Shown here piece by piece: positions 63,182-64,000 of a stretch of DNA of 64,000 nt. The notes below the pieces were generated by a model. The model was not told where the DNA came from. It was given only the letters and a program-made list of their open reading frames with translations, and searched no databases. Made by a program: the position numbers and the translations under genes. Every line of letters starts with the position of its first letter. The stretch's first letter is position 1. Source of the DNA: an uncultured delta proteobacterium (GTDB lineage Bacteria > Myxococcota > Myxococcia > Myxococcales > Myxococcaceae); the NCBI GenBank assembly GCA_963771175.1, contig CAVYSY010000054.1, positions 1-64,000 of the forward strand, in the 5' to 3' direction.

Positions 63182-63640
63182 ATGATGAAGCGCGCATGCC
63201 TGCTGTTTGGACTGTTGCTCACGGGTTGTCTGGGTGGGGAGAGCGAGACTTCCGACGCGGGGTCCTCCGTGGCGACCCTGATATTCATTGTGCCTCCGCC
63301 GAAGACGGTGGCCCCAGGGTGTCCCTCACCCGCGGTGCGGCTCTATGTGGATGGGGTGATGCGGTCCTGCCCCATCGCCACGTTCGAGCCCAATGACGGC
63401 GGGGCGGCCACTACCCTCATCTCCTGCAACGAGTCCAAGGGACTCCAGCCTGGCGTGGGGTACCTGCTGGAGGCCGTGTACCTGCAAGACTCGAAAATCA
63501 TCGCGAGGGGGGCGCTCTCTTCCGAGGCGATTACCCTCAGTGCCGGGAGCAACCGCCGGGATCTGCCCCCCGCCAACGTCACCACCATGCTGGATGCCAA
63601 CAGCAATGGCACCTCGGATATCCATGAAGCCTGCCCGTAG
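63182..63640 (+). CDS. Hypothetical lipoprotein
   Basis: AAGGAG RBS; lipobox LLTGC; C-terminal DANSNGTSD Ca-binding-like motif. Confidence 0.75.
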   Translation: MMKRACLLFGLLLTGCLGGESETSDAGSSVATLIFIVPPPKTVAPGCPSPAVRLYVDGVMRSCPIATFEPNDGGAATTLISCNESKGLQPGVGYLLEAVYLQDSKIIARGALSSEAITLSAGSNRRDLPPANVTTMLDANSNGTSDIHEACP

Positions 63641-63806
63641 GAGGAGCTCTTCCTCTTCCAATTGCTAGGTTTCACCCTGGGAGCGCCGTCTCGTCGGAGG
63701 GGCGCTCCCGGGGCCTGTGTCCAGCATGCGACCACTTCCGTGAGTGCGCTTCGGTGCGCCGACCCGCTAGCATCGGTGCCCGTACTCGACGCAGGGGGAC
63801 GCACCG

Positions 63807-64000
63807 ATGCTCACCGGACGCATGATGGACTTCCCGCTCACGCTGACCCACTTCCTCGAGCGCGCCCGCACCTACTTCGGCCGCTCGGAGATCGTCAGCC
63901 GCCAGCCGGACAAGTCGCTCCACCGCTACACCTACGCCGACTTCTATCGGCGCACCTGCAAGCTCGCCAACGCGCTCACCCGGCTCGGCGTGAAGCCCGG
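63807..64000 (+). CDS. Long-chain fatty-acid-CoA ligase, N-terminal part (truncated by window edge)
   Basis: MLTGRMMDFPLTLTHFLERARTYFGRSEIVSR...YTYADFYRRTCKLANAL..LGVKP. Confidence 0.85.
   Translation, partial: MLTGRMMDFPLTLTHFLERARTYFGRSEIVSRQPDKSLHRYTYADFYRRTCKLANALTRLGVKP

Overview
High-GC myxobacterial DNA (Cystobacter/Archangium-like, inferred from gene content). Many genes are broken by single-base frameshifts that look like long-read assembly indels. Left to right: a sensor-kinase remnant, a patatin, a large Ser/Thr kinase-ATPase-GAF-PAS-histidine kinase hybrid, a 21-repeat Kelch protein, a secreted PD-(D/E)XK nuclease-like gene with a possible immunity partner, a LysR/metallo-beta-lactamase pair, and a lipid methyltransferase resembling fungal sphingolipid C9-methyltransferases. 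Next is a compact Myxococcus-type Wzx/Wzy exopolysaccharide locus (epsZ, wzx, epsY, X, W, V, U, wzy, wzeX, epsD-C fusion, epsB) interrupted by a SitAI6-type toxin/immunity pair. Then come a trehalose cluster, a P450, a methyltransferase plus ent-kaurene-synthase-like terpene synthase pair, a Cys-rich secreted peptide, a DNA methyltransferase/nuclease pair, transporters, and a cluster of secreted proteins around a Zn-phospholipase C. The most striking element is absent from the ORF track (50518-50936, minus strand): a 49-aa leader peptide ending in PPGF, a mutually exclusive terminator/antiterminator switch, then tRNA-Glu(CTC) and a non-canonical tRNA-Asp(GTC)-like RNA. This looks like a ribosome-sensing attenuator controlling spare tRNAs. 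All family assignments come from motif recognition; no searches were run.
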